Assembly (NCBI GenBank): GCA_963833425.1
Contig: CAWHXP010000003.1
Span: forward strand, 64,001 to 128,000
From: an uncultured Methanosarcinaceae archaeon
GTDB taxonomy: Archaea; Halobacteriota; Methanosarcinia; Methanosarcinales; Methanosarcinaceae
DNA length: 64,000 nt
Direction of reading: 5' to 3'
The notes below the pieces were generated by a model, which saw only the letters and a list, made by a program, of their open reading frames with translations, made no database searches and was not told the DNA's origin. Each line of letters starts with the position of its first letter. The first letter of the stretch is position 1. This document shows, one piece after another, positions 46,529-58,607 of the stretch. Made by a program: the position numbers and the translations under genes.

Positions 46529-48511
46529 TTAAACCAGGCCCCTACGCCTTTCGCTCCGATACTCTTCAAAGAGGCTCTTTAGTTGATCTTCTTTAGCCCT
46601 GCGGATTTTTATCTCAGCTTCTTTTTCCCAGACAGAAATTGCAGCTTTAAGGCCTTCAGGCTCTGTCATTGCAAAATCTTCAGCCCTTTCAAGTGGGATG
46701 CCACTTAAGACAGGTACGTATCCTCTAAAAAAAGTTTCCTCTGCCGCATGCGAAATATCTTCCTGGATGAGTACGGCCCTAACTTTGGATTCGACAAGAA
46801 TCTGGGCTGCTGAAGCTCCACCTCCGCTAGGATTTTCCAGGAAAACTACATCTCCTTCTTTGAGCCCATATTTTTCTTTTGTTTCCGCAATCGATTCTTT
46901 TGTAAAAGCGGTAATCACCTTTACAGGGGTACCTACGCCGCTGAGCTCCATTTTTTGGATTTTGCGAAGCTTGTTACTCCGGCGTCGGAGTTCTTTTACA
47001 GTTTTATTTTTATGACTAAGCTCTGATTTCAGGCTTTCTATAATTTCATCTCTTATTTTGATCTCTTTTGATTTACGAATTTCACTGTAAGCCTCTTTTT
47101 TAAAGCCGTTCAACTTTGACTCGAGCTTTGAAGTTTTCTTGTCTGTTATGACTAGTTCTTTCTTTAATTCCTCAAGATATTTTTGCAAGTTTTGAATATG
47201 CTCCCTCTGCCTCTGGATGACCTTCCTCATTTTTTGAATGGATTCATCGACTTCTCTGTCCTCTGGTTTTTCCGGAATTTTCTGAACCCTTGTATCGACA
47301 AGAGCTCTTGATGCTCTGTTTTTTTCTATTGCATCTTCTATTGAATCTCCTCGAATTACGTAGAGCTTTAGAAGCTCAAGATCTGCATCTGCTGGGGCTT
47401 TCTTTTCAATCCTAGTAAAAATATTCTTGTAACTTCTGTAGGTGAGAAGAGCTGCAGTCAATGCATCCCTTTCATGATCATTGGAGTAACCGAAAGTCTT
47501 TGCGAGCGCAATTTTTTCCTCAGAAGAAACCTCAATTCCAGGGCTTGCAGCAACCGAACTGAAGCTTCGCCTAATTTTTTCAACCGAGACTGGTATTGGG
47601 GTGACATCGCTGGCAATCACCGCAGGTTTTCCGTATTCTGCAATGAGCTTGACAACTTCACCAGGAGCTATCCCCCTGAAACTTTTTAAATAGAGAAGGT
47701 CTCCATATAGAGACAGAATAGCTATTCCCACAGTTGTTCCTGGATCGATTCCCACGATTGTGAATCTACGCCTCAGTTTCTTCTGTTTGAGGGGCACATA
47801 GCGAATTTTATCTCTCTCTACGCTTCTTATAATTACCTGAGCATCAGTACTTGCCATAGAATGTATTGGTATCTCTCCGCGCTTTGCGTACACAGTAAAC
47901 TCAGACCTGACATAACCTCCGAACCCTTTTACATTTACAGCTTCGAATAGTATACCCTTTTCCCGCGATAGATCCTTCAAAACATTTTCAATCTCTCTAC
48001 TCCGTTGTAGTACAGCTCCATGTACTTTTCTACGGTAACGATTTTGACTCCATCCCCCTCTTCCGAGTGAGCGTGCTCTGCTAACCTTGATTTTTGTAAT
48101 ATCTTCAAAGAGAGATAACTCATATCCAACTCCAAGGTCCGCAAGGCGAGCACATGCTTCAGCTTCATCATTAGGATTTTCAGGATCAAAAGAAAGACCG
48201 TGTTTCCGTGCAATCCTAACAAGTGATTCTGGGTGTAGCCCACCTGTTACCTGAACAACTTTAACGCTTTCAGGTAAGCGTTCCATGAGAGAAAGAAGCT
48301 CTCTCCTGTCTGCAGCAAGCTCGAAAATGTTGTCAACAGCTATTATCTCTGGCCGATCTCTCTGGATCATATTAAATATTTTTTGGCGATGTAGCATTTT
48401 TTGATGAGAAACCTTACCGTCTTTGAGAATTGCGAGTGCGTATCTAGGAAGCTCCCTACCCCGAGGAGATCCTTTAGAGATATCGATTCCATAGATTGTC
48501 TGTTTTTGCAT
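46529..48511 (-). CDS. DUF460 domain-containing protein
   Basis: IYGIDI..GSPR, SLGRGGWSQNRYRRKVHG, IVGIDPGTTVG, DHERDAL, and a long coiled coil. Confidence 0.9.
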   Translation of the reverse strand: MQKQTIYGIDISKGSPRGRELPRYALAILKDGKVSHQKMLHRQKIFNMIQRDRPEIIAVDNIFELAADRRELLSLMERLPESVKVVQVTGGLHPESLVRIARKHGLSFDPENPNDEAEACARLADLGVGYELSLFEDITKIKVSRARSLGRGGWSQNRYRRKVHGAVLQRSREIENVLKDLSREKGILFEAVNVKGFGGYVRSEFTVYAKRGEIPIHSMASTDAQVIIRSVERDKIRYVPLKQKKLRRRFTIVGIDPGTTVGIAILSLYGDLLYLKSFRGIAPGEVVKLIAEYGKPAVIASDVTPIPVSVEKIRRSFSSVAASPGIEVSSEEKIALAKTFGYSNDHERDALTAALLTYRSYKNIFTRIEKKAPADADLELLKLYVIRGDSIEDAIEKNRASRALVDTRVQKIPEKPEDREVDESIQKMRKVIQRQREHIQNLQKYLEELKKELVITDKKTSKLESKLNGFKKEAYSEIRKSKEIKIRDEIIESLKSELSHKNKTVKELRRRSNKLRKIQKMELSGVGTPVKVITAFTKESIAETKEKYGLKEGDVVFLENPSGGGASAAQILVESKVRAVLIQEDISHAAEETFFRGYVPVLSGIPLERAEDFAMTEPEGLKAAISVWEKEAEIKIRRAKEDQLKSLFEEYRSERRRGLV

Positions 48512-48829
48512 GAACAATTATATTTTATTTTTGATGGAACATATATTTAACTGCAGCCATTCTCCATTAATTAAACATGTATTTGAGAAGGTTCTTTTAG
48601 ATTCATATATCAACAAAAAAATGAAGGGTTGGAATACCCGATTAGACACATGAAAGTTTATAAGTACATTTTTAAATACTTGAACAGAATAAATCGGGTT
48701 TTTATAACCTACAAGAAGCGACTTCTGGATTTCTATTTATGATTCGGTGATAAAAAAATAGCTGTTATAGTTGGAGATGTACAAAATATGAAGGCATTGA
48801 AACATAACAAAACATAAAGGATTAATCAA

Positions 48830-49963
48830 GAGAATTTCGATAAACTCCATGCTCTTGAGCATGGTTGGCTTTAAATTTGTAAATATTTATCTATATTCAT
48901 GAAAACTCTTATTGATTTTGCTCTTAAAGAAGAGTATAAACGTCTTGAATCTGTTGGAGATAAGCTTGCTGAAATTGATTTCTTAATTGATTGGAAAACG
49001 TTTCGTATTATTCTTGAGTCTATGTATATTAACAAAACCGTTTCATGAGGGAGACCTGAAACTGATGTCATTGTGATGTTCAAAATGCTTGTTTTACAAC
49101 AATTGCATGTGCTCTCTGATTTTGAACTTGAGAAACAGTGTATAGATCGAATTTCTTTTAGGAAATTCCTTGTATTTCCGGAATAAGTACCTGACAGTAC
49201 TAATGTATGTCTATTTAGGGAGAGAATTATCGAGAATTTCAAAGAAAATATGGGAAAAGTTGCAAAGCCAACTTGATACTCTGGGTTTCCAGATAAAGCA
49301 TGGACTGATTCAGGATGTTACTTTTATCCATTCAGATCCATGACATGCAAAAGCAGAGAGATGAGGCAAAAACAAGAAGAAGCAGAGACGGAACATGGAC
49401 AAAGAAGGGAGGTAAGTCTCACTTTGGATATAAGCTTCATAATATAATAGACAGAGATTATGAGCTGATCAGAAGATTCAAAACAACAACTGCGTCAGTA
49501 CATGATTCATATGTAGATTTGACAGAGGAAAATGAAGTGGTTTATAGGGACAGAGTATACTTTGGAGCAAAAACGAAAGGGTATAATGCAACAATGAAAA
49601 GAGCGGTCAAAGGACATACTCTGGGAATAAAGGATATATTCAGAAATAAGAAAATTAGCTCAAAAAGAGTCCCAGTAGAAGGAGTTTATTCAGTAACGAA
49701 AGAAATTTTCAAAGCAGGAAGAGTTTTTGTTACTACTGTTAAAAGAGTAAATCTAAAAATGTTGTGTACGGCTTTTTGTTATAATCTCTATCAATTGAGG
49801 AAATTGAAAATAAAAAAAGTATATTGAAGATAGCGGAAGCTATCTTTAAAATCAAAGAATTGAGAATAAGTAAAGCCAAAAAGAGGAATTAAATAGAGAA
49901 ATTGAGGGGAAAATATGAGAAATTCCTGCTAAGAAATAAAATCCGAAGTTTATCGAAATCCTC
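48830..49963 (+). mobile_element. IS5-family element copy 3, near full length (~1.13 kb), transposase inactivated
   Basis: Both TIRs present; ...KTRRSRDGTWTKKGGKSHFGYKLH...VHDS...YRDR...; internal stops and frameshifts. Confidence 0.93.
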
Positions 49964-49989
49964 TATTATTTTTGAATATCATTATGATG

Positions 49990-50400
49990 GGGTGGTCAGC
50001 GCCGCCGGTGATCCTTATGGTTATGTATATAATATTGAGCACGTTGTTTTCCGGGGTCGCGGTGACCATATCCATGAGCTGTATTTTGATGACAATGGCA
50101 GCTTAACGACCTTACTCTTGCAACTGGTGCACCCACCGCCGTTGATGACCCTCATGGTTATGTATATAATATTGAGCACGTTGTTTACCGGAGTGGCGAT
50201 GGCCATATCCATGAGCTGTATTTCAATGGACAATGGTATCACAACGACAGTTCTATTGCAACTAATGAACAAATAGCCTTGGCCACTGGCAACCCTCATG
50301 GTTACATTACAACATCTGGAAATGCAGCTTCGACTGCACATGTTGTTTACCGGGATGACTATAATATCTATGAGCTGTATTTCGTTGCATAATGGTTATA
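49990..50400 (+). pseudogene. Beta-propeller repeat (fucose-lectin-like) protein fragment
   Basis: Three ~120-bp repeats encoding EHVVFRGRGDHIHELYF, EHVVYRSGDGHIHELYF and HVVYRDDYNIYELYF, with frameshifts. Confidence 0.6.
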
Positions 50401-50599
50401 TTACATTTGATCGGGACATGCTGATTTCCATTTTGGAGCACGGCAACGATGCAGAACGAATGGAAACTGGAGGGTTCACTCAAGAAAATGGGTAAAGCAG
50501 ATGGCTAACTGGTCATCATGCAACGGCAGAGCAGTCAGCTATAATTTCCATATGAGAATCTAACAAGACGGCAGAGATCCGCCGCTCTTGTGGAATGTA

Positions 50600-50831
50600 G
50601 GACTGTTGCTGCCCTATCACTGCCCAACATCCTGCTGATGGTGGTCGTGATGATCATGATAGTTGTCGTCCCCGGATGCACATGGTCGTGATGCCAATCG
50701 TCATGGCCCCAATGGTACGTTGTCTTGATATAGTTCCACGTTCAATGTTGCAGCTGTCACTGATACTACAAAAAGAACTGCCAGCAAAATAGCAAATACC
50801 TTTTCATTCTACGAGATGATTGTTTCAACAA
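50600..50831 (-). pseudogene. Small secreted His-rich protein, decayed paralog of 17793-18083
   Basis: LKQSSRRM...ILLAVLFVVSVTAA signal peptide followed by His-codon-rich sequence. Confidence 0.55.
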
Positions 50832-51869
50832 TTACTTCACTTTTTATATTTTGTTCAAATTGGTAGCATGTTAAAATATAAAAAATTTCGACAAAGATCT
50901 GATCTCAACAAACTGCTTATACATTATTTATAAATAAAAAGTCGAAGTTAGGCTCTATCGAAATCCTGTACACTGACATAAAGGGAAGATTATTCACTTT
51001 GTTTCGAGTAGTTACCTAAAGAATCTGTTGCTGCAGGCATTCATATCAAATATGTTATTAGATAGTGGGCTCAAGATTGTTTTAATTTGAAAAAGAGTGG
51101 ATCTATGGGCTGGAGTGATTAAACCCTTCCATAACCCTAAGTGTTTTGTTTTCGAAATCTGAAACTATCCACCGGCCTGTACTTATAGATAAGTAATTCC
51201 ACCACCACAGGTTCGATGAACAGCTTTCAGATTTTCTTATTTTTCTAGATCTGTTGGATAGACATATAAATTTATGACAAACTCCTATCTATTATTTTTC
51301 TTTATTTTTTTCATATTTTATGCTATTAAATTTAAAAATTATATTACTTGCCCAATTTTCATCAAAAATAATAGTGAAGAGTTTACATTGAGAATATACA
51401 TAGTTTTTATCACAAAAACTGTGCATAAACAAAAGATAAATCATATTTTTTTGTAGTGAATAAAAAGGGATACATGATCATTTAGAATTTACAGAACTTT
51501 TGGTAAACTGCCAAAGCAAAAACAAAAGTTGTTCGAGTGTGAAAAATATATAATATTTTACTAGACTTCTGTTCAGCTTCCGATACTTCTCATGGCCTCA
51601 GCAAACTTTGGATATACATTGAAAAGCAAGCTCCGACTGAATCAAAGTATGTAAATTTTATTATAAGGAACTTAGAGCCTATTCAAAAAGTCAACAATTG
51701 CATGTTGATAAAATTTGGATAAAATAAGTTCTTTTGATTATTATTTGAGAAAAAGAAGAGAGCTCACAAAAAAAATGGCAACCCCTAAGTTCTATAAAGA
51801 TAGATGGAAAAGCTACATCAATAAATAAAATGTATAAACTATTGTGTTAATACCACACTTTTGTTTTAA

Positions 51870-52115
51870 GAGATCTATCTCCATCTTTTACCAAAACATC
51901 GATTCTATTTGGGCCCCACGAAACTGCTGCAGAAGCACCAGGCAATGACCTCCTAGATCTTCACAGTAGGGGTACCAACTATAGCCATCCCACCATTTAT
52001 GTAGAGAGTCTGATTAGTTCCGACTGTGAAGCAATCCAACCTATTTGGTCCCCAAGAAGAAACAGCCAAATGATCGCCGCATACATCGTCAATATGCATC
52101 CAGTCACTCCAAACC
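51870..52115 (-). pseudogene. Trp-rich beta-propeller (PLL/DUF346-like lectin) fragment
   Basis: AVSSWGPNRLDCFTVGTN..WWDGYSW..EDLGG..AAVSWGPNRIDV. Confidence 0.65.
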
Positions 52116-53436
52116 ACATTTCTTTACTACCTAAATTGTGATTTTATTTACTATAAATTGAGACGACCTTACAACAACGTGTTAAAAACAAAAACATTAG
52201 ATTCAATTAAAGAATAGTTAAAAAATAATTTAATGATATTGTGATTTTACAGAACTTGAGTTACACCTCCGTACTGAAAATACAATATTGCATAAGTTTT
52301 ATGTACGATTTATTGCACTTGATTTTATTTATAGAGTGCTAAAAGGTTTATTATATTTTTGTTATTGTTTCAATTTTTAATTGTTATTCATTATATTTTA
52401 AATTTCTTGTATTTAATAATATTTATATTTTAAGAGTGCTTTCCGCATTAGGGAGCTAGTGAATAAAATAGTGATGAAGAGTTTACATAGAGAAATTTGA
52501 TAGCAAAATCTGTGTATGTACTAATATTATATTAATCACTATTTTATCAAATGAGAAAAATGGATTTATAGCGTGCCTAAATTTTCTTACTGGTCTTAAA
52601 CTTGAAGATGAAACATAAAAAGATATCAAAAACGTTTTTACGGGTTCCTTCTCAAATCTTTTTACGGGTTCCTTCTCAAATCTTATTACTGTATTGATAA
52701 ATTGAGTTCCTGATCCAGTTTATTCAGATGGTTAGTTTTGTTTCAAATACTATATAATTATTTTTTTCTTCTGTTTCTACTCATGATTATGATTTCGGTT
52801 AATTAATTCCAGGTGTTTCATGAGATTCATATGTTCTATGAGTTACATAAGCTCCATTAGTTATAGATTAGCAACATTTTCTTATTTAATATGGAAGTTA
52901 GTGGGTTCATAGATTTTTAGTGCAAAAACTGTGCATAGAATTATTCAATATAGAATGATTGCAAAACTCAAAAAACAGAAAGAAATTATTTTGAAATCAA
53001 ACAATTCTTTCAATTGATGGATGTTGATTTTTGTTGTAAACGATAATCAACGATGATTTAATTTTATTCCAATAAATGGTACACTAAAACGAGCTGGGAA
53101 ATTTCTAATATGTGGCTGGATATACTTTAAACTAAAATACCGGTATGGCAGAAAACATATAAATAAGATAGGAGAAAACACGAAAGAGTTAGGCCCCTTC
53201 TGTATTGTAAGGCCTGTGAGCTTCAGTAAATTCTCTTTTGATTACCTATAGACTCAATACTTATGGGAAAATAAAAACATAGCCGCCAATTCAAGGCATT
53301 TATCAGGAGTTTGTTCTCGATACCTTGAAAAATGGCTATGATGCTGTTTCATTTCTTACTTAGTAGCCCTTAGATCAAGTGGCTATTCTTATATCCCTAT
53401 CAACGATGGTGATTCCAAAGTTATTTGATTGGTGCC

Positions 53437-55654
53437 CTAGATAACCGTTAACCCAGTTGGGACCCATAAGGGTGCAAGACCTTTGTAAGGGTACAAGTTA
53501 CCAGGATAAGGATACCAGTTACTATTTTGAGCAGTTACTTTGATTTTAACAGTTGCTGATGCTGTAGTATAGATTGTAGAATCATTTGGCGTGAAAGTAG
53601 TATTCAACGTCTGTGTACCTGGATTCAATATAGTTCCTGGTGGTGGAGTGTAAACAAAGGTTCCAGGTACTGAAGCAGATGCATCCAGCTGAGCATTGCT
53701 CAATGGGGTACCATAGATTATGTCAACAGGATTACTCCAGGTAATTGTAGGAGTTATCTTTTGTGCAGATGCTGTCAAAACATTTATTGTAGCGAGCATC
53801 GAATTTGTGCCGTTTGTGTTACTTACCATCTCGTTAACGGTATAGGCTCCCGCCGCAGGGTAAGTATGCATTGGATTCAACTCATTTGAAGTAGCTCCGT
53901 CTCCAAAGTTCCATACATGTCCGTTGGCATTTGTCGAGAGGTCGGTAAATTGAACCGTAAGGGGACATAACCGCTGGTTACGTTAGTACTGAAACTCGCT
54001 ACTGGAAGACCGTCTACAGAACGACTTTCTGGATTCGTAAATGCCTTGATGCACACATTAGTATTTGAGTAACCTGGCTCTTTAGTTATATCGGTCCAGG
54101 TATTTCCATCAGAACTTACAAAACTTTCGGATGCATTTGCTTTTGCCTGACTACTATGGCCACTGACAGGCATTTCCACAGCAATAGGGTATTGATATGT
54201 AGGGTTTGTAAGCTCCAGTACAACAGAGAATTTCTGGCCGGCATTGAGCTGAACTCCAGAATTCAGGGGAACTGTATGATAGCCTGAACTTTGGATTGTT
54301 CCACTCTGGGTAAGAGCAGGACCTGTTTGACTGATTGGGGTGGACCCTGTATTATTGTAGATATTAATTACATAATTACAGTTTAGGTCCGTCGTGTAGA
54401 AACTGATTGCATTGAGGACTTCGCTAGATTTTGCAGTAAAGATGTTTGCACCCCAGCCTGTTTTGGGGTTAGTTTGAGACGTATTAATTTGCTGGGTCCA
54501 ACCAAGTGGATCGTATTGGTAGATGTTTTTATAATCATTCGGAGTTTCAGCTTTGAAGAATGTATTCATATCGTGTCCGAGATTGGAATCATAATAGGAA
54601 ACATAGAAATACCCATTATCATTGTTTACACCACCCCAATCTGATGCAGTTGTACCCCAGCTATTTTTTATGATAAAAGCTCCATCTCCGGGTGGAGTTT
54701 GTGAGAAATTATTCTTACTAAACGAATCGTCCCAGCCTACAATAGTTACTGCATGATCAGAAGATTGTGTTCCACTATAGTAATAACTGTATGTGTTTTT
54801 GTTATAATTATTTGTACTAGTGGGAGCAAAATACAGTGCAGTAGCTACTGCTCCATAATTCATAATTGCTTGTTTTATGTCTAGATTGTCAGTAGGACCA
54901 TTCCTGTTCGGAAGAAAAGTTACGTTTTGCACATGTTCATGTACAGGAAGACCGAGCTCACTTGACGAAAAGCTTGATGAAGCACTATAAGGATCATCGC
55001 TTGTATCTACAGGTCCGGACCAGCGTGCAAGGTAAGCAGTTGACATCACAAAGTCTCCCCCGTCGCTGGGACTGCGATCAAAACCTTGGGGATTATTTGA
55101 AGAAGAAAGCACGTTCTTCATATTATTTTCTGAAAAGCTACAAGTTTTCCCTGGCATTAAATATGATTCAAGAGATCCATAAGTTGCAAATGTCCAGCAA
55201 GAGCCTGCAGCACTCTGGTTTTCTACTGGGGTTACCTTGTTCAGAGTTCGTAGGTCATAGGAAGTTGGAATAGATGTGTTTGCTGAAGCATACGCGTCTG
55301 CGATTGAAGTATGTTTGAGGTGACTAAAGTCCACAGGGAGGGTGCGAAGCCAGATATATGTCCAACGAAGGAGCGTGCCGCTTTATAGGCAGATTCGTTA
55401 TTTCGGTATTTGATAAATTTAGGGTTTTCTGGTGCAAGTCCAATCTTTGGAGAAAATTCAGTTTGGTTTACAATATCTTTGTGAATAAATTTGTGATCAG
55501 TAGGTGCGGAAATTGGTTTGTTTTCTTCTGGAAATCCTGCAGATGCCATTGCTATTGATGAACCTATGACCAATAAAAAAACCAAAAACTCAGTGAAAAT
55601 TACTAATTTCTTTATTATATTTACATCGTTATTTATATTGTAATTTTTTCCCAT
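53437..55654 (-). pseudogene. Secreted papain-family (C1A) cysteine protease with lectin-like, PKD and Ig-like domains, split by frameshifts
   Basis: Signal peptide; YDLR..KVTPVENQ..GSCWTF, DHAVTIVGWDD, KNSWG, NIYQYDPLGW and PKD motif NPMHTY. Frame breaks near 55335 and 53960-53880. Confidence 0.88.
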
Positions 55655-56723
55655 GTAGATCTCCTTTTTAATTTATTTACTAATTTCTCACTAACTCTAT
55701 TCGCCATTTCCACCATATATTCAAAATTGTCTCGTTCAACGCCAAACGTTTAATTCTTTAATTTTTGAGTAAACTTTTATCGCTATTGATCAGAGACTAA
55801 AAATGGTGCATCACGCTTTTTTGGGTATAATTTAGAGGGATCTTAGAATTTACTAATCCCAACAATTGATATAATTTATTTACATAGTATATAGTTCTTT
55901 TAAAATGTATATGGTTAAAACTTACGGTATTAACATTACAATAAAAAACTTATGTTGATTACATATAGATTATTTTTTTAACATATATTACCCGTGTTTT
56001 GACATATCATTATAATAAAAATTCTGATAAAAGGGATAAAATAGAAGAAAAACTCTACTAAAAAATCCTCATCTGGAAAATATCAACAGCTTTTAGCCGC
56101 TGAAAAAAGATACAAAAGTGCAAAAATTCACATAAGAATTTAGGAATTTAAGATTCTTGTGAATGATCATCTGAAAATGAGGTTGTTGAAATCGTTTTCA
56201 GATTATATAAACATCATTTTCGATTGGATAATTATTTAGTTAGTATGCCAGCTTTTTTGCAAAACAATGAATATTAAGAGTTTAGAAGAAAAGAAATTCA
56301 ATTTCAGAAGAACCTAATTAAACACAGTATACAAAAATCTAACCTAGAATGTATAGATATTTAGTATTTTCTGAATTCCTAAATAATTTTCCGAATATTT
56401 CATTCATTTTTATTCATGCAATCATATTAATTTTATAGCAGAACTCTCTGCACCAATTAAAATAAGTAAAATACAAAATTTATTAAAATAGTCAATGAAT
56501 TGGCGTCCTGTTACATATTACAGAACTTCCGCAACGGTTTCATAAAATCTGCTATTTCGATAAATATGAGTAAAGCAACATTATGACAATTGAATAATAC
56601 AAATGTACAAATAGTTCGAATAGTTGAATATATATTTAACAGACATCGGAAATATGCAGCCTTTGATCAGAAATATATTTGGAGATTAAAACTTGATACT
56701 CGATTTAATATTTTATACAATCA

Positions 56724-57050
56724 TTGGTAAAGTTGCAGGTATTTGCAATGGATTATTTGGATCGGCGACGACGTTGTAATTATTCAGCGTTAATGTTTTT
56801 AAAAGGATTTTCACAATTAAAAGCCCAAGAAGCTTCCTTAATCGCATTGCTTCCGCCTGTTGGACTTCTTGCATTTCTTGAATACAACAAAAGAGGGAAT
56901 ACTGATTTATATGGTGGTTTAATGATTTGTATTGCTATGATTATCGGCGCAAAGTTTAGTGCATAATTTGCAAATGCGCTCCCAGTGGATATGATGAAGA
57001 AGAGTTTAGGAATCTTATTATGTTAGTAGGACTAAAAAATTTATTGGGGA
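56724..57050 (+). pseudogene. TSUP (TauE/SafE) family membrane protein, decayed
   Basis: GFSQLKAQEASLIALLPPVGLLAFLEY.KRGN..GAKFSA*FAN.LP. Confidence 0.7.
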
Positions 57051-57770
57051 AGAAAATTCAAAGATTTCGTTGATCTGTACAAATAACCAATCTCGTGAAT
57101 TTATTGTAATGTTTCAGTTAAATTTGCATATACTTCATTCGATCAAGTTTTGTAAGATATGGTATTTTTACCTAATAATTTATTATATTTATCATTTTAC
57201 AGAATTTTTGACAACATTCATTATCTTCGTGAGCAATTATCGATAAAAGATACTAGAACTTATTGATTAAGAACTCAAACAGGTAATTTATAATATTAGA
57301 AAGGAACAAGATTTTGAAATACTAGAAATGGAAACGGAAAAAAAACCATATCCATCTACTGTTAAGAACAAGAGCGAGCCAAAAGTCAGCACTCTCGCGA
57401 TCATTCGAAAGCTAAAACAAGAAACAAAAATTAGGCTATGGAAAACTCAAAAAGGGTATTTGAAAAAAATACCATTTGAAAGAACATACACTACTGATTG
57501 ATGGATATGTCACATCTTCGAACAAAAAAGTTAGCAAAAAAGCATCCGAAAGTTACTTACGGGACCAGGATTGTAGTTGACGCTTACATCCACTGGACTG
57601 AGGACCAATTAGTTTACGCTTTGTCTTATAAATTAAATATCCTTTTAGAAACCTTAATTTCATTACTTTTCTCTCATTTGTAGTTAAAAAGCAGATTTTC
57701 AATTCCAGATCCAGCAATTCCAGCCACCTAACTATATGTTTTTTTATACTATTTCGACAATAGGTATTCC

Positions 57771-58133
57771 ATGATTGATTTCGATACCTTGAAATATGAT
57801 AACAATCTGATTTTTGTTGTTGTTCAGGATTATATCAGCAGAGAAGTTTTGATGTGCGCTTATATGAACCGAGAAGCTCTTGAGAAGACTATTGAATCTG
57901 GAATTGCTCATTTCTGGAGCCGGAGCAGACAAAAGCTATGGAAAAAAGGGGAAACTTCGGGGAATGTACAGAAAGTGAATCAGATCAAGATTGACTGCGA
58001 TATGGATTCTATCCTCCTGCTTGTGGAACAGGTTGGGGGAGCCTGCCACATGGGATATAAATCATGTTTTTTCAGAAATATCGAGGGAAAGATAATAGGT
58101 GAGAAAGTTTTTGAGCCAGAGGACGTCTATTAA
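57771..58133 (+). CDS. hisI: Phosphoribosyl-AMP cyclohydrolase
   Basis: WSRSRQKLWKKGETSGN, DCDMD, ACHMGYKSCF. Confidence 0.96.
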   Translation: MIDFDTLKYDNNLIFVVVQDYISREVLMCAYMNREALEKTIESGIAHFWSRSRQKLWKKGETSGNVQKVNQIKIDCDMDSILLLVEQVGGACHMGYKSCFFRNIEGKIIGEKVFEPEDVY

Positions 58134-58607
58134 AATTTAAGATTTCAATTGAATTTGAAAATTCCTATTAATTAAAGATTAAATACATTTTTGGTCATAC
58201 ACTCGATAAATTGAAAAAATTTGATTCTGAATCATATTTTACATCTATAGAGGTAGCACGAACATACATAATTGGTTGCAGCGGGTTGAGCAACCGAAAA
58301 TATTAATTTAGACTATCAGTCAACAATCGGAAGTATCTACTGCATCAAAATAGATATCTTAAAACTGACTTTTTTGTAGGCCTAATGGGACAAATTCTTC
58401 ATTATTTTCGGGATACTTGATTGTTTTTAGATCAATTGAAAACTGAATTAAAGGCAAATATTAATGATTTCAGAATATATTAATAATCTCTTAATTTCTG
58501 ATGTTTCATTTTTTTAAAACTTTTCCCATAACTATTTTTTTCTTCCTTAATATCGGAAAACGTGTCAGAGGTTTTCTTATATACTTTCTGTCTCTATATT
58601 CCATTAT

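Noticed and set aside
57330..57683. Broken basic ORF fragments upstream of hisI
   Set aside because: Probably a remnant, but no family could be supported from the sequence.
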